DNA of 61,674 nt, filler included, from Sphacelaria rigidula (GCA_964200075.2; 11 parts of 11 records of this genome joined end to end with filler, not necessarily neighbours in it); one strand, 5' to 3'; positions 26,640-38,599 are shown, numbered from the whole stretch's first letter. A program made the numbers and translations. Notes: generated from the letters alone by a model not told the origin.

Positions 26640-26785
26640 CTCGGGATGAATCCGTGGTCTGTCTCGAGGGATCAACCCTTCTCTCCTCGGGTACACGCTT
26701 TGCATTCTTGGTCTCGCGGATTGGGTCAGCACTACCTCACCCCGTCAAACTCACGTCAAACAAACTCAGTCGACTACTTCGCAAT
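26640..26785 (-). mobile_element. SINE body fragment
   Basis: Reverse complement matches gtagtcgactgRgtttgt.tgacgtga at 33551-33598 and the 3' part of 44428-44735. Confidence 0.65.
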
Positions 26786-26961
26786 ATGCCTATCTATGCT
26801 TGACCCAGTACAATTTTCATCTACTGCATCATTTGACCATATGTTGTTTAGGGTGTGAGTGCACAGGAGTTGTACGTGTTTTTTTTTTGCATTTGTTGAT
26901 ATGGTGTGTTGTGTTGCATGCATTTTACGTACTGCTTTCACGTCTTGACTTATGAAATCAG

Positions 26962-27099
26962 GCGCAGCGGGAGCGGGAAGACGTGAAGCGAGGCGCTACC
27001 CTCCGTAAGGAGGCTGAGGCCCTGAAGGAAGCCATCAAATTGGAGCGCAAGGACGAGAAAAAAGAGGAGACACAGAGCAGGACAGCAGTATTGGCTATG
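26962..27099 (+). CDS. Next exon of the coiled-coil protein (AQREREDVKRGATLRKEAEALKEAIKLERKDEKKEETQSRTAVLAM)
   Basis: tcAG acceptor, ATG|GTACGT donor, 138 nt, phase 0/0, compatible with the exon at 24245. Confidence 0.7.
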
Positions 27100-27599
27100 G
27101 TACGTTCCAGCTAGACCTCCAAGGTTTTTTCTAGTTTGCGTCGTTTTCTTGTACGTCTCGATATGTGTGTTTTCACATTTTTGTTGCAGTACTTGGGGAA
27201 TTCTATTCTACGGTAGAGTTGCACTTTTTAGTCCAAAATTGTCCTGAGGCTGCACACTAGGCAGTAGAGTTGACCGGCGTTTGGCTACAAATGTCCATGG
27301 TTGATATTACTTGATGTGAGTGTGTTCAACGAGAATCGGATCTTTAGTAAGGCTGACAGTCCCGTGCTCCTCGCGTACGAAGAACGCGTTTTCGTTGGAA
27401 TCGGCGCCACGGGCGCCGACTTGGCGTCTAGCAAGGCCGCACTTTGCCTAGGCAACCCTATTTACCGCCCTTGCCCGAGAGAGAGAACTCGAGGACTCGG
27501 CATCCTCATTCGTTCATCATTCAACAACTGGTGCATCTCGGGTCATACTCCACCTCTTGTGCTGGACTAAAAGCTCGTACAGGGTGGTTCACGTTTATC

Positions 27600-27925
27600 A
27601 CCCAAAAAACACTCATCGGCAAAACCTCACGCAGTTTTAAGGAGGTAGACCCTGAGATTTTGCACGAATGTTCTATGGGTCAGTACGCAACTTTCGAAGG
27701 TCGAGGCTTTTTTACTTTTCGACTTTTGTCACCGTTTTTCGGTGGTCCCAGTTTTTTCGGGAAACCTCGACCCAATCGGACCCCCGTCAAACGTTAACAA
27801 GAAACAAAGTAAAGAAACCTCGTCCATCCAAATTTGCGTAATGTTCCAAAGCACAGTTGTTCAAAATTTCAGGGTCTAACTCCTTGACACGGCGTGAGAT
27901 TTTTGGCTTTTGTGCGATGAAGTTT
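27600..27925. repeat. Diverged long inverted repeat (arms about 27600-27725 and 27800-27925)
   Basis: aaggaggtagaccctgagattttg...cgaggcttttttacttt mirrors aaagtaaagaaacctcg...caaaatttcagggtctaactcctt; opposite-strand ORFs give near-identical peptides. Confidence 0.8.
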
Positions 27926-27982
27926 GCCGTACCGCGGTGAAACCGCAAACTACTTGACTTTAGCATCAAAATGGCGTTTTTG

Positions 27983-28082
27983 NNNNNNNNNNNNNNNNNN
28001 NNNNNNNNNNNNNNNNNNNNNNNNNNTTAATTAATTAANNNNNNNNNNNNNNNNNNNNNNNNNNNNNNNNNNNNNNNNNNNN
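27983..28082. other. Artificial contig linker
   Basis: 44 N + TTAATTAATTAA + 44 N. Confidence 0.98.
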
Positions 28083-28140
28083 ATGCGAGGTCAAAATGGT
28101 CTTATGACTATGGCATGCGTGATCATGAGTACACCTCCCT
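28083..28140 (-). mobile_element. Repeat family B terminus at contig start
   Basis: ggtcttatgactatggcatgcgtgatcatgagtacacc. Confidence 0.75.
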
Positions 28141-28574
28141 ATATCTTAGCACGCCTCTTCGGCACTCGTCACCCGCCAGCACAAACCTCACATTCTTGCA
28201 GAATACAGCCACACGCTGTAGAATAGGCATTACCGATGCTAGGATCGATCGATATTCGCTCCATGGATGGACACTGGACCACGAGACTTTCGTATTTTGA
28301 TGTTGTGAAATGCTTGTGGCTTCAAGGTTGTGGACCTGTGGAGCCAGACAGTAAACGATTACATGAATACGAGCAGAGATCAAGGAATACCCGCTCCCGA
28401 TTGCTCTATCGACAGCGACCAAGTGAGTATTGCTCATGTCAGACGAATCATGATCCGTCTGAAAAAAAATTTCTCTCAATGTGCTGATCCAAATCATGAT
28501 CCCGATCATTTGCCCCCCCTTTTCCACGAAGAAACGGCGAGGCAGGACGGTGATAAGTTATGTAAAAATGTTTA

Positions 28575-28727
28575 GTGCAATGTATGGAAGGAACGTAATG
28601 AGCACCTAAATGTTGGAGGTGTCTCTATTAGGAGTAGGAACGGTGCTCCGTCTCGAAAGGGATGCGTGGTCAATGGTCAAACGACTACGGCAAACAACAA
28701 ATGAGTACCCCCCTCGCCCCCCCCCCA
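28575..28727 (+). mobile_element. Repeat family A copy
   Basis: Closely similar to 5091-5237. Confidence 0.85.
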
Positions 28728-29712
28728 CCATGCCGCAATATTCAATACAGTATGGTGGTGGCAGCCAGGAGCGGATTGATACAATGATCGACACAACTCA
28801 GCTCTCGCCCGATCGACTAAAGTTTGCTGCGCACATTGCTGTCGTCAAGGAAAAAACAGTGATACCTGTGCTGACCCGGAAGTCGTCTTCGTTAGAAAAC
28901 GTTATGATCAAACAAAATTGTGATAATACGTCTACGATAATATGAGATTTTCCAAGCCTTCGAGAGTGTACATGTCTTGGATTTTTCGCTCGAGGTACAG
29001 TGTGAGAATGAGGAGGGGTGCGAATCAACCATTTGAAGGCCCTGGATGGGGAATGCTATTTTCGGTATCCGGGGAAAAGTGGTGGATCGCTTCTCATAAC
29101 CCTGTCAAATGGACCCAACCTTTTCCCCAAAAGGCGCTCGCAGTTGTGGCGTTGAAATGGTCCATTCGGACCTCTCCTCAAACTTTCAGGTCCCAAGTCT
29201 CGAAGCTCGAGTGAGAAATTGCTGGTTCGACTTCCGTGGCTTGCACCGTAGAGAGTTTTCGGGGACACGTTTCTGTTTTATACGCTTAACGTTTTGCAGC
29301 TAGCCTATACATCTCATGAAGTTACCATTTTTGAACACTTCTATTCTTACACAGGATATGCCGAACTCAAAACCCCGCGGGAATATCGCCAGCGTCCAGT
29401 TCATGATATATTTAGCTCGAAGTTACGCCAAAAATGAAACTAGTTTCCGAGTACTACCGCAGTAGCTAGCTCTAGATCCCCCGGGAATGTGTTACGGGGG
29501 CCGAGGCAAAACTCTACACTTGAGATGCTTGGACCTGATTTCTAAAACCAACTTCATCTGTACTCTTCAAATTGAATATCAAGACGTGGTTTCCAAATTC
29601 ACCTATCTGTATTCCTCATCACTAATTCGAAGACCTGGTTTCTGAAATCATTCCATCATCTGAATGAGCTGTGTGACGATTGCTTCGCGTCAGTTTTTGG
29701 ACTTTTGTTTTT

Positions 29713-29880
29713 TGGAGGGGGAGGGCGCACTCATTTTTTGCTTGCCTCAGCCATTTCCACAATTTTTGTTTTCCAGTCACCACGCATCCGTTTCCCGACG
29801 GAGCGCCGTTTCTACTCCTGCTGCAGAAACCTCCGACATTCGGGCGCTCATTGCGTTTCTTCCATACGTTACACAAAACG
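29713..29880 (-). mobile_element. Repeat family A copy, diverged
   Basis: gggcgcactcattttttgcttgcct...gacggagcgccgtttctactcct is the reverse complement of the A core. Confidence 0.75.
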
Positions 29881-32800
29881 ATTTACATGTCTTCTCCCCC
29901 TTTCTGTTTTACCGTCTGTGATCACTACCTATTTCCTAGTATAAGCCATCATTGTCTCGCTACTGCTTCATACATCAAAATATTTCATGCCCCCTTCGTT
30001 TACTTCCCATTTTGTTTTTTGGGGGGGAAGGGGCTATCGTGGCATCACGTTTCCGACGCTGTGCGGCGAGACCACCCCGCGTGCTGTCCAGGTTCAAAAC
30101 GTGCTGTCTACGCTATACACATGCACGCACGAAACCGCTGGAGGTACCGCGATACACCATACCGCACCGGACGATTGTTCCCGCTTGCGTGTGCTACGAA
30201 GAATATACGACGAATATCCGATAGACCAACCGAAAATGTACGCTGTACGCCGTGCCATCTTTTCCGTCACATTGGGTGACCTAACAACAGCCCAACAACG
30301 GGGAGCGAACACTGACGAAGGCCTCAAGGACACCCATTCGCGCTTGGCGAGGCAGATTCTTCAGGCTGACGGCTGTGCACTCGATCGTGTGCTGCCTCTA
30401 CTTCACGCTTGTACTAGTGCTGGGGAGGGATATTCGCTGGTCGGTAGTCGCCTTGGGAATACAGCAAAGTTCAGCTTTACTCGTCGGATTCCTGACCGCA
30501 GCACTTATGCTTTATGTGTGAGTACAAACCGGGTGAAGATAGATGTGAACAGACGGGCATTGATATCGTTCCGTTCACGTGCCTTGCAATCGGGAACTAC
30601 GATAGATCCTTCGAGGAAATGTTGATCACCGGGTTGTCCAAGCTGTAGCTCGCCGAATGTCCCACGTATTGTTGGCTATAGCTTTGGACGTGCAACGGGT
30701 ACGTCGGAACTCCCATATTTCAGCGACGGCACAGCCGCCACAGATATCGCGTGACGTCTTGAACCGACTCCAGAGAATCCTATCGTAGCCAGTCCTCTCG
30801 CAAGAGGATGGCTGCTTCCCAAGCGAGGGTGACGAGTGTCCCCCCACAGTTTCTCGTGAATTAGCCGTGTGATCATGCGAGGTCACCTTTTAATAAGCGC
30901 AACTACCCGTCGTAATTGTCGCTACCGCTCGAGTCGCTTCGCTTCCTTCCACACTAGATCGTTGGCCACAAATGTATGCACACCATCCCTGTGCAGACAC
31001 CTGTATAGTCGGAAGCGAAACTTCATTTGTGTGTATTTTGCAGTCGGTAATGCTCTCGTGTCTCGAAGACAACTGTTTCTTCTCGATAAACCACGATTAC
31101 TCGAATGATGACGGCAGGATTTTGCGCTTGCGCTTGCATCGAGTGATAAATGGGATCAGCGGGCATGACTCGATTGCACCCATTGAGGTCTAGGGTCGAA
31201 GCTCTTAAGAGCAGGGCGGCGCGTGTACTGTGCCAAGTTGATAGGGGGTTTTAGTGGGAGCATCCCCCACACTACCTTGAGCCACCGCTCGAGGTGCCTC
31301 CACCACATGACCGCCGGTAAGTGGTCTAGCCGAGCCTTTGGGTAATCAGCACACGAACTCGCTTGCGGGGTACGTGTTGGGTTGGGTTTCTTCCTTTCTG
31401 GGGAAAACAAAAACTCAGCGAAGAAATAGTCAATTTCGTTCCTCTGTTGAGAAAGCCTGTCATAGAGTCATGCTACGATAGGGGGGCGGTATTTTGGGCT
31501 GTTTTCTTCCACGACATTACACCTCAATCGTTGTTGAAAGCGGTAACGGTTGTCCGAACGCGCTTGTTTCCGATAAATAATGCTCATTCATACTGCTGGA
31601 GGCCGCTTTCACACAAGTACAAGCGCATCACGAGTGTGTTGGATCATCTGACGCATCTATGAGCCTACGTTTTTGTTGAATCGAACACCCCCCCCCCCCC
31701 TATCGTAACATAACTCCTCAGTGTACTGTCGACCGCTGTCAAGGTATTCACAGCGAAAGGAGTGCAGTCGCCGCGGTGATCACGACCAGGATCTGTGGTT
31801 GCCGCTCGTACTTGCCAGCTGAGATCCTATCAATGCTAAATAAACACAATGCAAAAAAGCAAGACCCACGTCCGAAACGGCAAACTTCAATACAATCTCA
31901 GTGGTCGCAGCCCAGGGCTGAGCGACTGATTGGCCTTCAATACGGGTAGTCGATGGCGGGAAAACAAAACTCCGAGCAACTGCTGCTGAAATAAACTCCC
32001 CAGTTTTTTTCGGAGTGTGTGCCACGACTCAACCGTCGGTACTTTGACCGAATGTTTAGACTGGAGATACTCAACACAGGCCAACTTCTGGAGGTGCGAT
32101 GTTAACGACCACCTCGGAGATAGTAGCCTGCATTGCATGGCACAAGCCGATTTTTGGATTACTTGGCTGTGCACTACTTACTCACTACGTGCGTCGCGAA
32201 AATATAATTTATTCCGATACGTTCCCCTGTCTTGCACAGTCTGTTTTTGTTCGTTTGACCGAAAGCCCTGCTCTTGCTATGCAGCGTAGGATGCATTGAC
32301 GCACGCAACAGAAGAAACCACTCTGGAATCGGTGTGGGTCTCAACGAGTACCGCTACGAAAAAGTTGAGGAGGTGTTTGTAGCATTCGGCCTTTTTTCCC
32401 CCCTCTTATTTCAAGTGAAGAATGTACGAGCACACACGGGCGCACCAAAACATTTACATCCTACACATGCGCGCACGTGAGTTCTGAGGTGAAATGTACC
32501 TACGATGTTGTCGCCCGAGATCATGCACGTAATAACACGCGACAGAGTTCATGGCTAGCAGCACGATAGTTGCGTTTTGCGCATGGCCGAGTAAGGTGAG
32601 TGCATCACACCCAAAACATAACAGTCAGTGGACCACACCTGAGGACAGGGTGGCACTAACGTGGCTTCTCATGGGTGGTGTTGAGCGTGTTGAGTCTTGC
32701 TGCTTGCCTCAATCGTGTCGACACAACACGACCAGGGTCCATCATCAGTGTGATACGATGATGCGTGATCAAGCCCCGCAGTCGTGTGTGGGCAACGCGT

Positions 32801-33412
32801 AAAGTTCCTCAACCTTGGGGAGGAAATGAAGATTGCGAGCAAGTCGTGCGTGTCCTCGTCGACTATGCCAGCCAAGTCAGAATCTAGTGAGCCACCTTCG
32901 GTGTTGGTATCGATTTGCTTCGCATGACCCAAACCTGAAAGCAAACTGACGACACAGCGCAGCACGCAGCAGGGACACACAGCACTTCAGCCAATGCCGT
33001 GACACAAAGGTGATGAATCTGTGACAGGTATACTGCGTGTTCAGAACGCGTGCGTTCAGGACCACATCGGAGTTTGAACACCCCGGGACCGACGTGTCGG
33101 GAAGACAGCGACACGACGACGACGCAGTGTGCCTAATAACGAGGAGCGCAAGGCTTCCAAAAGTATAAAATTCAGAGGCCAGTAGGTCGTCTAGAATTCG
33201 TTCTCGCAGCTGGCACCTGTAAGTACCGAGCATCAGTTCGTCGTTGTGGCCATGACGACGAAGTAGACGCCGACACCCCCCTAGAATACTCTGGGTCAAC
33301 TATTTCCCACCACAAAACACCTGCGATAGTGATTCCCTATACGAGTTACTGGTGCCTGAATTTCATAGTCTTGAAATTCTTGCTCTCCTCCCTTTCTGGG
33401 CACACTGCTGCC

Positions 33413-33598
33413 GCCGCGCCCCGGTGGTGTAAAGGTCCGACTGTCACCATAAGGGTGGAGAGAACGGGGGTTCGATTCCTGATGCGTTGGGTTTTTTCTT
33501 CGTAATGTATGATTTCCGCCATGGAAAGCGTGAGAGTATGAGTAAACAAAGTAGTCGACTGGGTTTGTGTGACGTGAATTGACGCGGTGCGGGAGTGC
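33413..33598 (+). mobile_element. tRNA-headed SINE, cut by contig end
   Basis: Pol III A-box TGGTGTAAAGG (33425-33435) and B-box GGTTCGATTCC (33469-33479); body shared with other copies; no acceptor stem. Confidence 0.7.
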
Positions 33599-33698
33599 NN
33601 NNNNNNNNNNNNNNNNNNNNNNNNNNNNNNNNNNNNNNNNNNTTAATTAATTAANNNNNNNNNNNNNNNNNNNNNNNNNNNNNNNNNNNNNNNNNNNN
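33599..33698. other. Artificial contig linker
   Basis: 44 N + TTAATTAATTAA + 44 N. Confidence 0.98.
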
Positions 33699-33934
33699 TA
33701 ACTTTTGTGTGCGTTTAAGAGACAACCAACTAGACTACTGCCCCGTCAGCGCTGACTGGTCAGTAGTCTAGGTGGTTGTCTCTTAAACCGTCACACCCCG
33801 CGGCTGGATCCCTAGGAAGTCAACTGATGTGCGACAGGCGACCAAATCAACCAATCGGTCGATTATCCATTAAATTACGCGTGTCCAGCAGACACGGATC
33901 TTGCCGACCACAGTTCGCTCGGGTACGGGGCGGG

Positions 33935-35070
33935 GGCGGGGGGTGGTGGTACTCATGATCATGCATGCTATGGTCATTAGACCATTGACCTCGCATCCCN
34001 NNNNNNNNNGAGTCGCATGAAGGGTGAGCTGCATCTTGCTAAGATTGTCCGGCCCGAAGCCTACTGATTATCTTGCATTTGCAGTTTCCTCTATTTGTGC
34101 CTACAGCTAAGGTTATTCTTATTTAAACTTAAGTAAAAGGGTTAGCTAAATCTAACGTATAACTAAATAAAATATTACTTAATTGCTTGTACATGTTCTA
34201 AGGATTTTTATGTAAAAGGTATAACATGATTCATTATCATTTTTGTTATATTCAAACAATAGTATTTACTTAGTGATAGTGATCTAGCTAAGTGTTTCCT
34301 CCTACTTAAATAAAGATAGAAATAACTTGTTTACCGTAGACACGGATAAAAGAAAAGGTATAAGTTGCAGTATGCTGCTTTCGGGTTTGTAGCCTAGGGA
34401 AGAAAAAATAGTTTTATCCCTAAAGAGGAACAACTGGGTTATTCTTATGTATTCATTTATTGTTTAGGGAAGAAAAGATTGGGCGTGCCATGTATCAGGT
34501 TATGTTTTTTTTCGCGTTTTCTTGTGTTTTTTCACGTTTTTCGCGTTTTTTACATTTTTCGCGTTAAGTTAGTATGTCCGGCGACGGATTTTCTTTGTCC
34601 CAGAAAAGTATAGTTTTTTTCATTATTTTTTTTTATTTCTTGGGTTCTTAAATTAATATTTGCGTTGAGTTGTTCTCCTATACTTTTTTCGTTTTCTTTG
34701 AGATCAGAAATAGTAATTCTATTTTGTTGCATAAAATTTTTCCAAGGCTCAGATTTACTTACCTTTTTAACAGCACTATAGTAAGCCGTTTTGAGGTAAT
34801 GTATGTCAATTATTCGGACATAAAACTCGTCGTGGACGGTGTACGTTGGTTTTTTTGTTTTTCGGAATTCACTTACTACATGATGTAATATTGTAGAATC
34901 CACGTGGTGTATAAAGTTGGGTAAAGTTGCTCTTATCGTTTTATTGATATTAGGAGCTGCGTCGAAACGTCTCGTGTCCCCAAGATTTTGAGGAAGTCTG
35001 GTATCGCCACTTCCAGAGACAGCCACGGCTTATACACTGCCTCATGGGTGTCTCACCATCCCGAGCGGGG
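33935..35070 (+). mobile_element. Family B copy interrupted by a ~0.9-kb foreign insert
   Basis: 33935-34096 and 34997-35070 align to consecutive parts of the uninterrupted copy at 46762-47058; a 10-N scaffold gap lies at 34000-34009. Confidence 0.85.
34550..34996 (-). pseudogene. C-terminal fragment of a T7/T3-phage-type single-subunit RNA polymerase within an AT-rich, probably organellar insert (about 34097-34996)
   Basis: NINKTIRATLPNFIHHVDSTILHHVVSEFRKTKKPTYTVHDEFYV matches the T7 RNAP PNFVHSQD...IHDSF motif C region, including the catalytic Asp; no intron; strongly AT-rich compared with host exons. Confidence 0.85.
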
Positions 35071-37159
35071 GGGAAGTGACGGGGTGCAATTGCGCTGCAC
35101 AACTCCAGAGTGCACATGAAAGGCCTGCATATCAATCATTGAGCTGAGAAGTCTGCTTGGACCACGCTTTCATTGAGAATTGTTTTTTCAAGAATTTATC
35201 TTGTCAGAGCACTTCGCTCCCACGGAGGACTTGTTGCCGCGGACGCTACGTCTGTACTCCAACTCCAGAGTCCAGGTTCGTAGCTGTAGTGTGAAGCACA
35301 CACAAATTGATAGACCTGGGAAGAGGGAGTCTCTCTCGTGTGGGACCTAGCACGCTGTTGGTCGTGGGGAATGATCCTCGGGGGAGGCGACCTGAAATCT
35401 TGGTCGTATATCTACGGTCGATTTTTCCGAACAAACAATAACCCTAGCCCTAACCCTAACCCCGACCCAAGGCGTACGAGACCTTCGGGCAAGGGGGGTG
35501 CACGGGTTCCCCTAGGCAAAGTGTGCGTTGCCAGACAATCGATGCCGAGCGCCGATGTCGACAAAATCAGGTTCTGGACGAACTGGGTCCACTGCTCACC
35601 TGCCCCAAACCATATTTTTTTTCAGAACTTTCTCGAATCTCGAATCAAGTATTATAGTTATTTTGTCAGATATACAGCCAAAGCTTTTACGTGCTTTTCA
35701 CCAAGTTTCACACACGGATTGCCGACAAACGTTCCATTTCGTTGACGAGCACGAAACGAAAGTAGATTTCACTCTGGCTACGATTTTCAGCCAAGTGATG
35801 GGAGTTTCATGGCCGCTCTGATGAACGTGCATTATTACTGACTGTGTAACATTGCAGTCGCCGAAAGATGCGTTGCAGAGCAGTACTGTTTACATCCAGT
35901 GAGTGAAGTCGAGTCCGCGTTACCGTACTACACTGTATCGCTGTGTTGGGTATATTATAGCACCTTCTACTCGTCTACCGCAAGAAGGATGGAATACGAT
36001 AGCACTCGATACTACCACTGCTGTGTCTGTGAATACGACAGACTTGCCCCAACGGCATACGTGCGCCACAAAATTAGGCACGCCCTGATTTTCATGTATC
36101 ACGTGGTATATACAGTACATTAGTAGTATAGTGCACACGCCCCGTCCCACGTGGAGGTTTATTGAGCGCGTGCGGAAGGGTGGGGTGCCTGCGGTCAGTA
36201 GTCGATTTTCAAGCGGAGATGATGCTCATTCCGATTCAACACACACAAAATACGGATTATACAAGTACGGGCATCCCGGGGTGGTCAAGGGGACTTTACG
36301 CCTCAGACCGCGAAGCAGTTGACTGGAATCCACGCATTATTTCAAAGACCGCTACTGCGGCGAAGATCGGCCTCTTCGGCCGAGCCAAGAGCCTAAATAA
36401 CAATACGATTAGAGTTTGACACGTTCTTGGACAAGAACGCTTGTCATGGAACAAAACACAAAATGCCATAGCCGAATGCAGACCGCCTGAGCTGCGAGCT
36501 CATGTAACGCCTGGGACTGGCGACTTTCAAAATACTTCATTGGAGGGAATCCAAGAGGAAAGTCGGGTACACATACGCTACGCATGCATCGGTATGTACC
36601 TGACGGATTTCTGCACTTTGACGCAACCCATGAATATGCGTTGCTTCCCCCCCTTTCGTGTTCGCGCAATGTTGGTTGAACGGGCTTTGAACGCGCGGTA
36701 GATGTCAGACCAGCCCCGTCACGAGTATCTACTCTTGGAAGAGAGGGGGGGTGAGAACGCGGGGCGACAATTCATACCGTATCTACAGCTGAAGCGCTGG
36801 GGTGGGCCTGCGCCGAAATTCACGGCGAAAACAAGCGGAAACAGGAACCTACGAAATAGAAGAGGGGGGGCGCGATCAAAGTTTTTGAATCAAGATTGCT
36901 CGAAAGTAGGCCTTGGGCAGGGAGCAATCCCTGAAACAATACTTGCGTTTTTTTCTCCCATGAACACATGACAGTCGATAGATCGGAGATACAGTACTAC
37001 TACTACTGTTGTCTGTACCATATTTCTGCTACGGCGCTACGGCTTTATACTTTATACACGCCGGGCAACGTTTAGCGAGTACATCAACGATTATGACATC
37101 ATGAGAGATATCCATCTCCGTTCTTTGCCCTCGAATCAAACACTGAACAAAACTCACAC

Positions 37160-37444
37160 CTGGTCGACGACGTCGTCTGTTTTTGGTGATGGAGGGGGTG
37201 AAAGGTATACCACAGCATCGCTAGGATTGAGGCCATGTCGTGCGCAAGCCTCCGCATGACCCTCTTGAGGATGAGAAGCCACCCACACCAAGTCTATCAC
37301 GGAGGAGTCTGCAGTTGCTCCCATAGCAGCACAGGCCTGCTGCAGTATATTCGAGTCGAGTACAACTGCTGCTGCTGCGGTGACAATGGTGATGGCCCGC
37401 GCCCGCGCCATCATGCGCGACAGCGCGGGCCTAAAAGTCTCCAT
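37160..37444 (-). CDS. Probable first exon of an unknown protein with an N-terminal hydrophobic, signal-like segment
   Basis: METFRPALSRMMARARAITIVTAAAAVVLDS...KTDDVVDQ, then CAG|GTGTGAGT donor. Confidence 0.55.
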
Positions 37445-37690
37445 TAGATAGCTATTGCTGGATCCTGAGTGAGTCAAAGTGCCGCTGTGCCTGGGTTCAA
37501 GGCCGCTGTGTTCTCCACGACACTACGCAGAGAAAAATGGGAACGAAGTCTCTCAGGTACCGATATGGATAATGGCCAAGTTGTAAGCTGCCCATGGAGG
37601 CGCCGCGTGCATTCCGAGGTTTGCAGTGCTACATTGATACCTCCCCACCTGTCACAGGTGAAGTATACCGCAAGTGTGAAGTAACTCAGC

Positions 37691-38599
37691 ATGACGGACA
37701 ATGGCGGCGTGGTATCAGCTGCCGACACCGCCGTGGTGGCTTTTCGAGAATTGGTGATCCTTGATGCTGCAGGTGGCCCCAACAGCAGACCGATGGTACA
37801 GGACTCGACACTGTGGACAACAGAGAGAATACGCCATGCAGCACACGGACGTCTCCACTTGCAAGCCTTGGAAGCTATACTCAGCCCGACCACCAGCTCG
37901 GCCGATATCATGGGCGCGGTGGCATACGGTGTTACCAGCCAGGGTCTAAGAGTCACGCAACGCGACGATTCCGGAAGAATAGTGGCCCAGCGCATCGAAG
38001 CTCCATATCTCGCTAGCTTTGCCACAGGGTCACGAGCCAGCCGGATACCCACAGTCGAGTGGCGCGTGGTAGTGGCCACGCTGGGCGTGTCAAGGGGACT
38101 AGCCCCATGGGGCGGCGTAGAGCGCGTTCTTTTGCTGGAATTCATGTCGGACCCTATTTCCACTGCAAAGCAAGATTTGGCCTCGAGAGGTGCCGCTGCG
38201 ATGCTGTCATTGTACGGCGCCGCCGCCGCGGCCGGTGTCGCGGTGGTCTCTTCATCGACGAGTAACAGTAGCTCCAGCAATGGTACCAGCAGCGGAATGA
38301 TGGGGGCAACGACGGCGACTAAGAGCACATCTGCTGTGGCTATTGCTCGTCAGAGGAGTAACCAGCGGGCGGAGGCACTTCTGGAAGGAGTGGCTGCCGA
38401 GCTTAACCGGCTGGGGTGCGGTGTGGTCACCGCTGCGGCGGCGGCCGACAGAGAAGAGAAGGGACTCAAGGAGGCGCATCGCGACGGTGAGAAAACATCG
38501 TCGGTGAAGCTGGTGCCATGGGGCGATGGCGAAGGGACCAAAGAGGGCACCGCGTCTAGCGCTTCTTCGGGTATCGCAGCTGGCGTGGAAAGGACTCAG
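37691..38599 (+). CDS. Probable first exon of an unknown protein (about 303 aa)
   Basis: 318-codon ORF with host-like composition, in-frame stop just upstream of the ATG, CAG|GTGTGG donor at 38600. Confidence 0.65.

Noticed and set aside
30200..33300. Endogenous viral or retroelement coding relic
   Set aside because: The composition looks like decayed coding DNA, but I recognise no motif; BLASTX is needed.
33418..33490. tRNA gene
   Set aside because: A and B boxes are present but there is no cloverleaf, and it continues into a body shared with other SINE copies.
34997..35026. N-terminus of ORF 34550..35026 as part of the polymerase
   Set aside because: These codons lie in the flanking family B repeat; the ORF is a chance fusion, not a complete gene.
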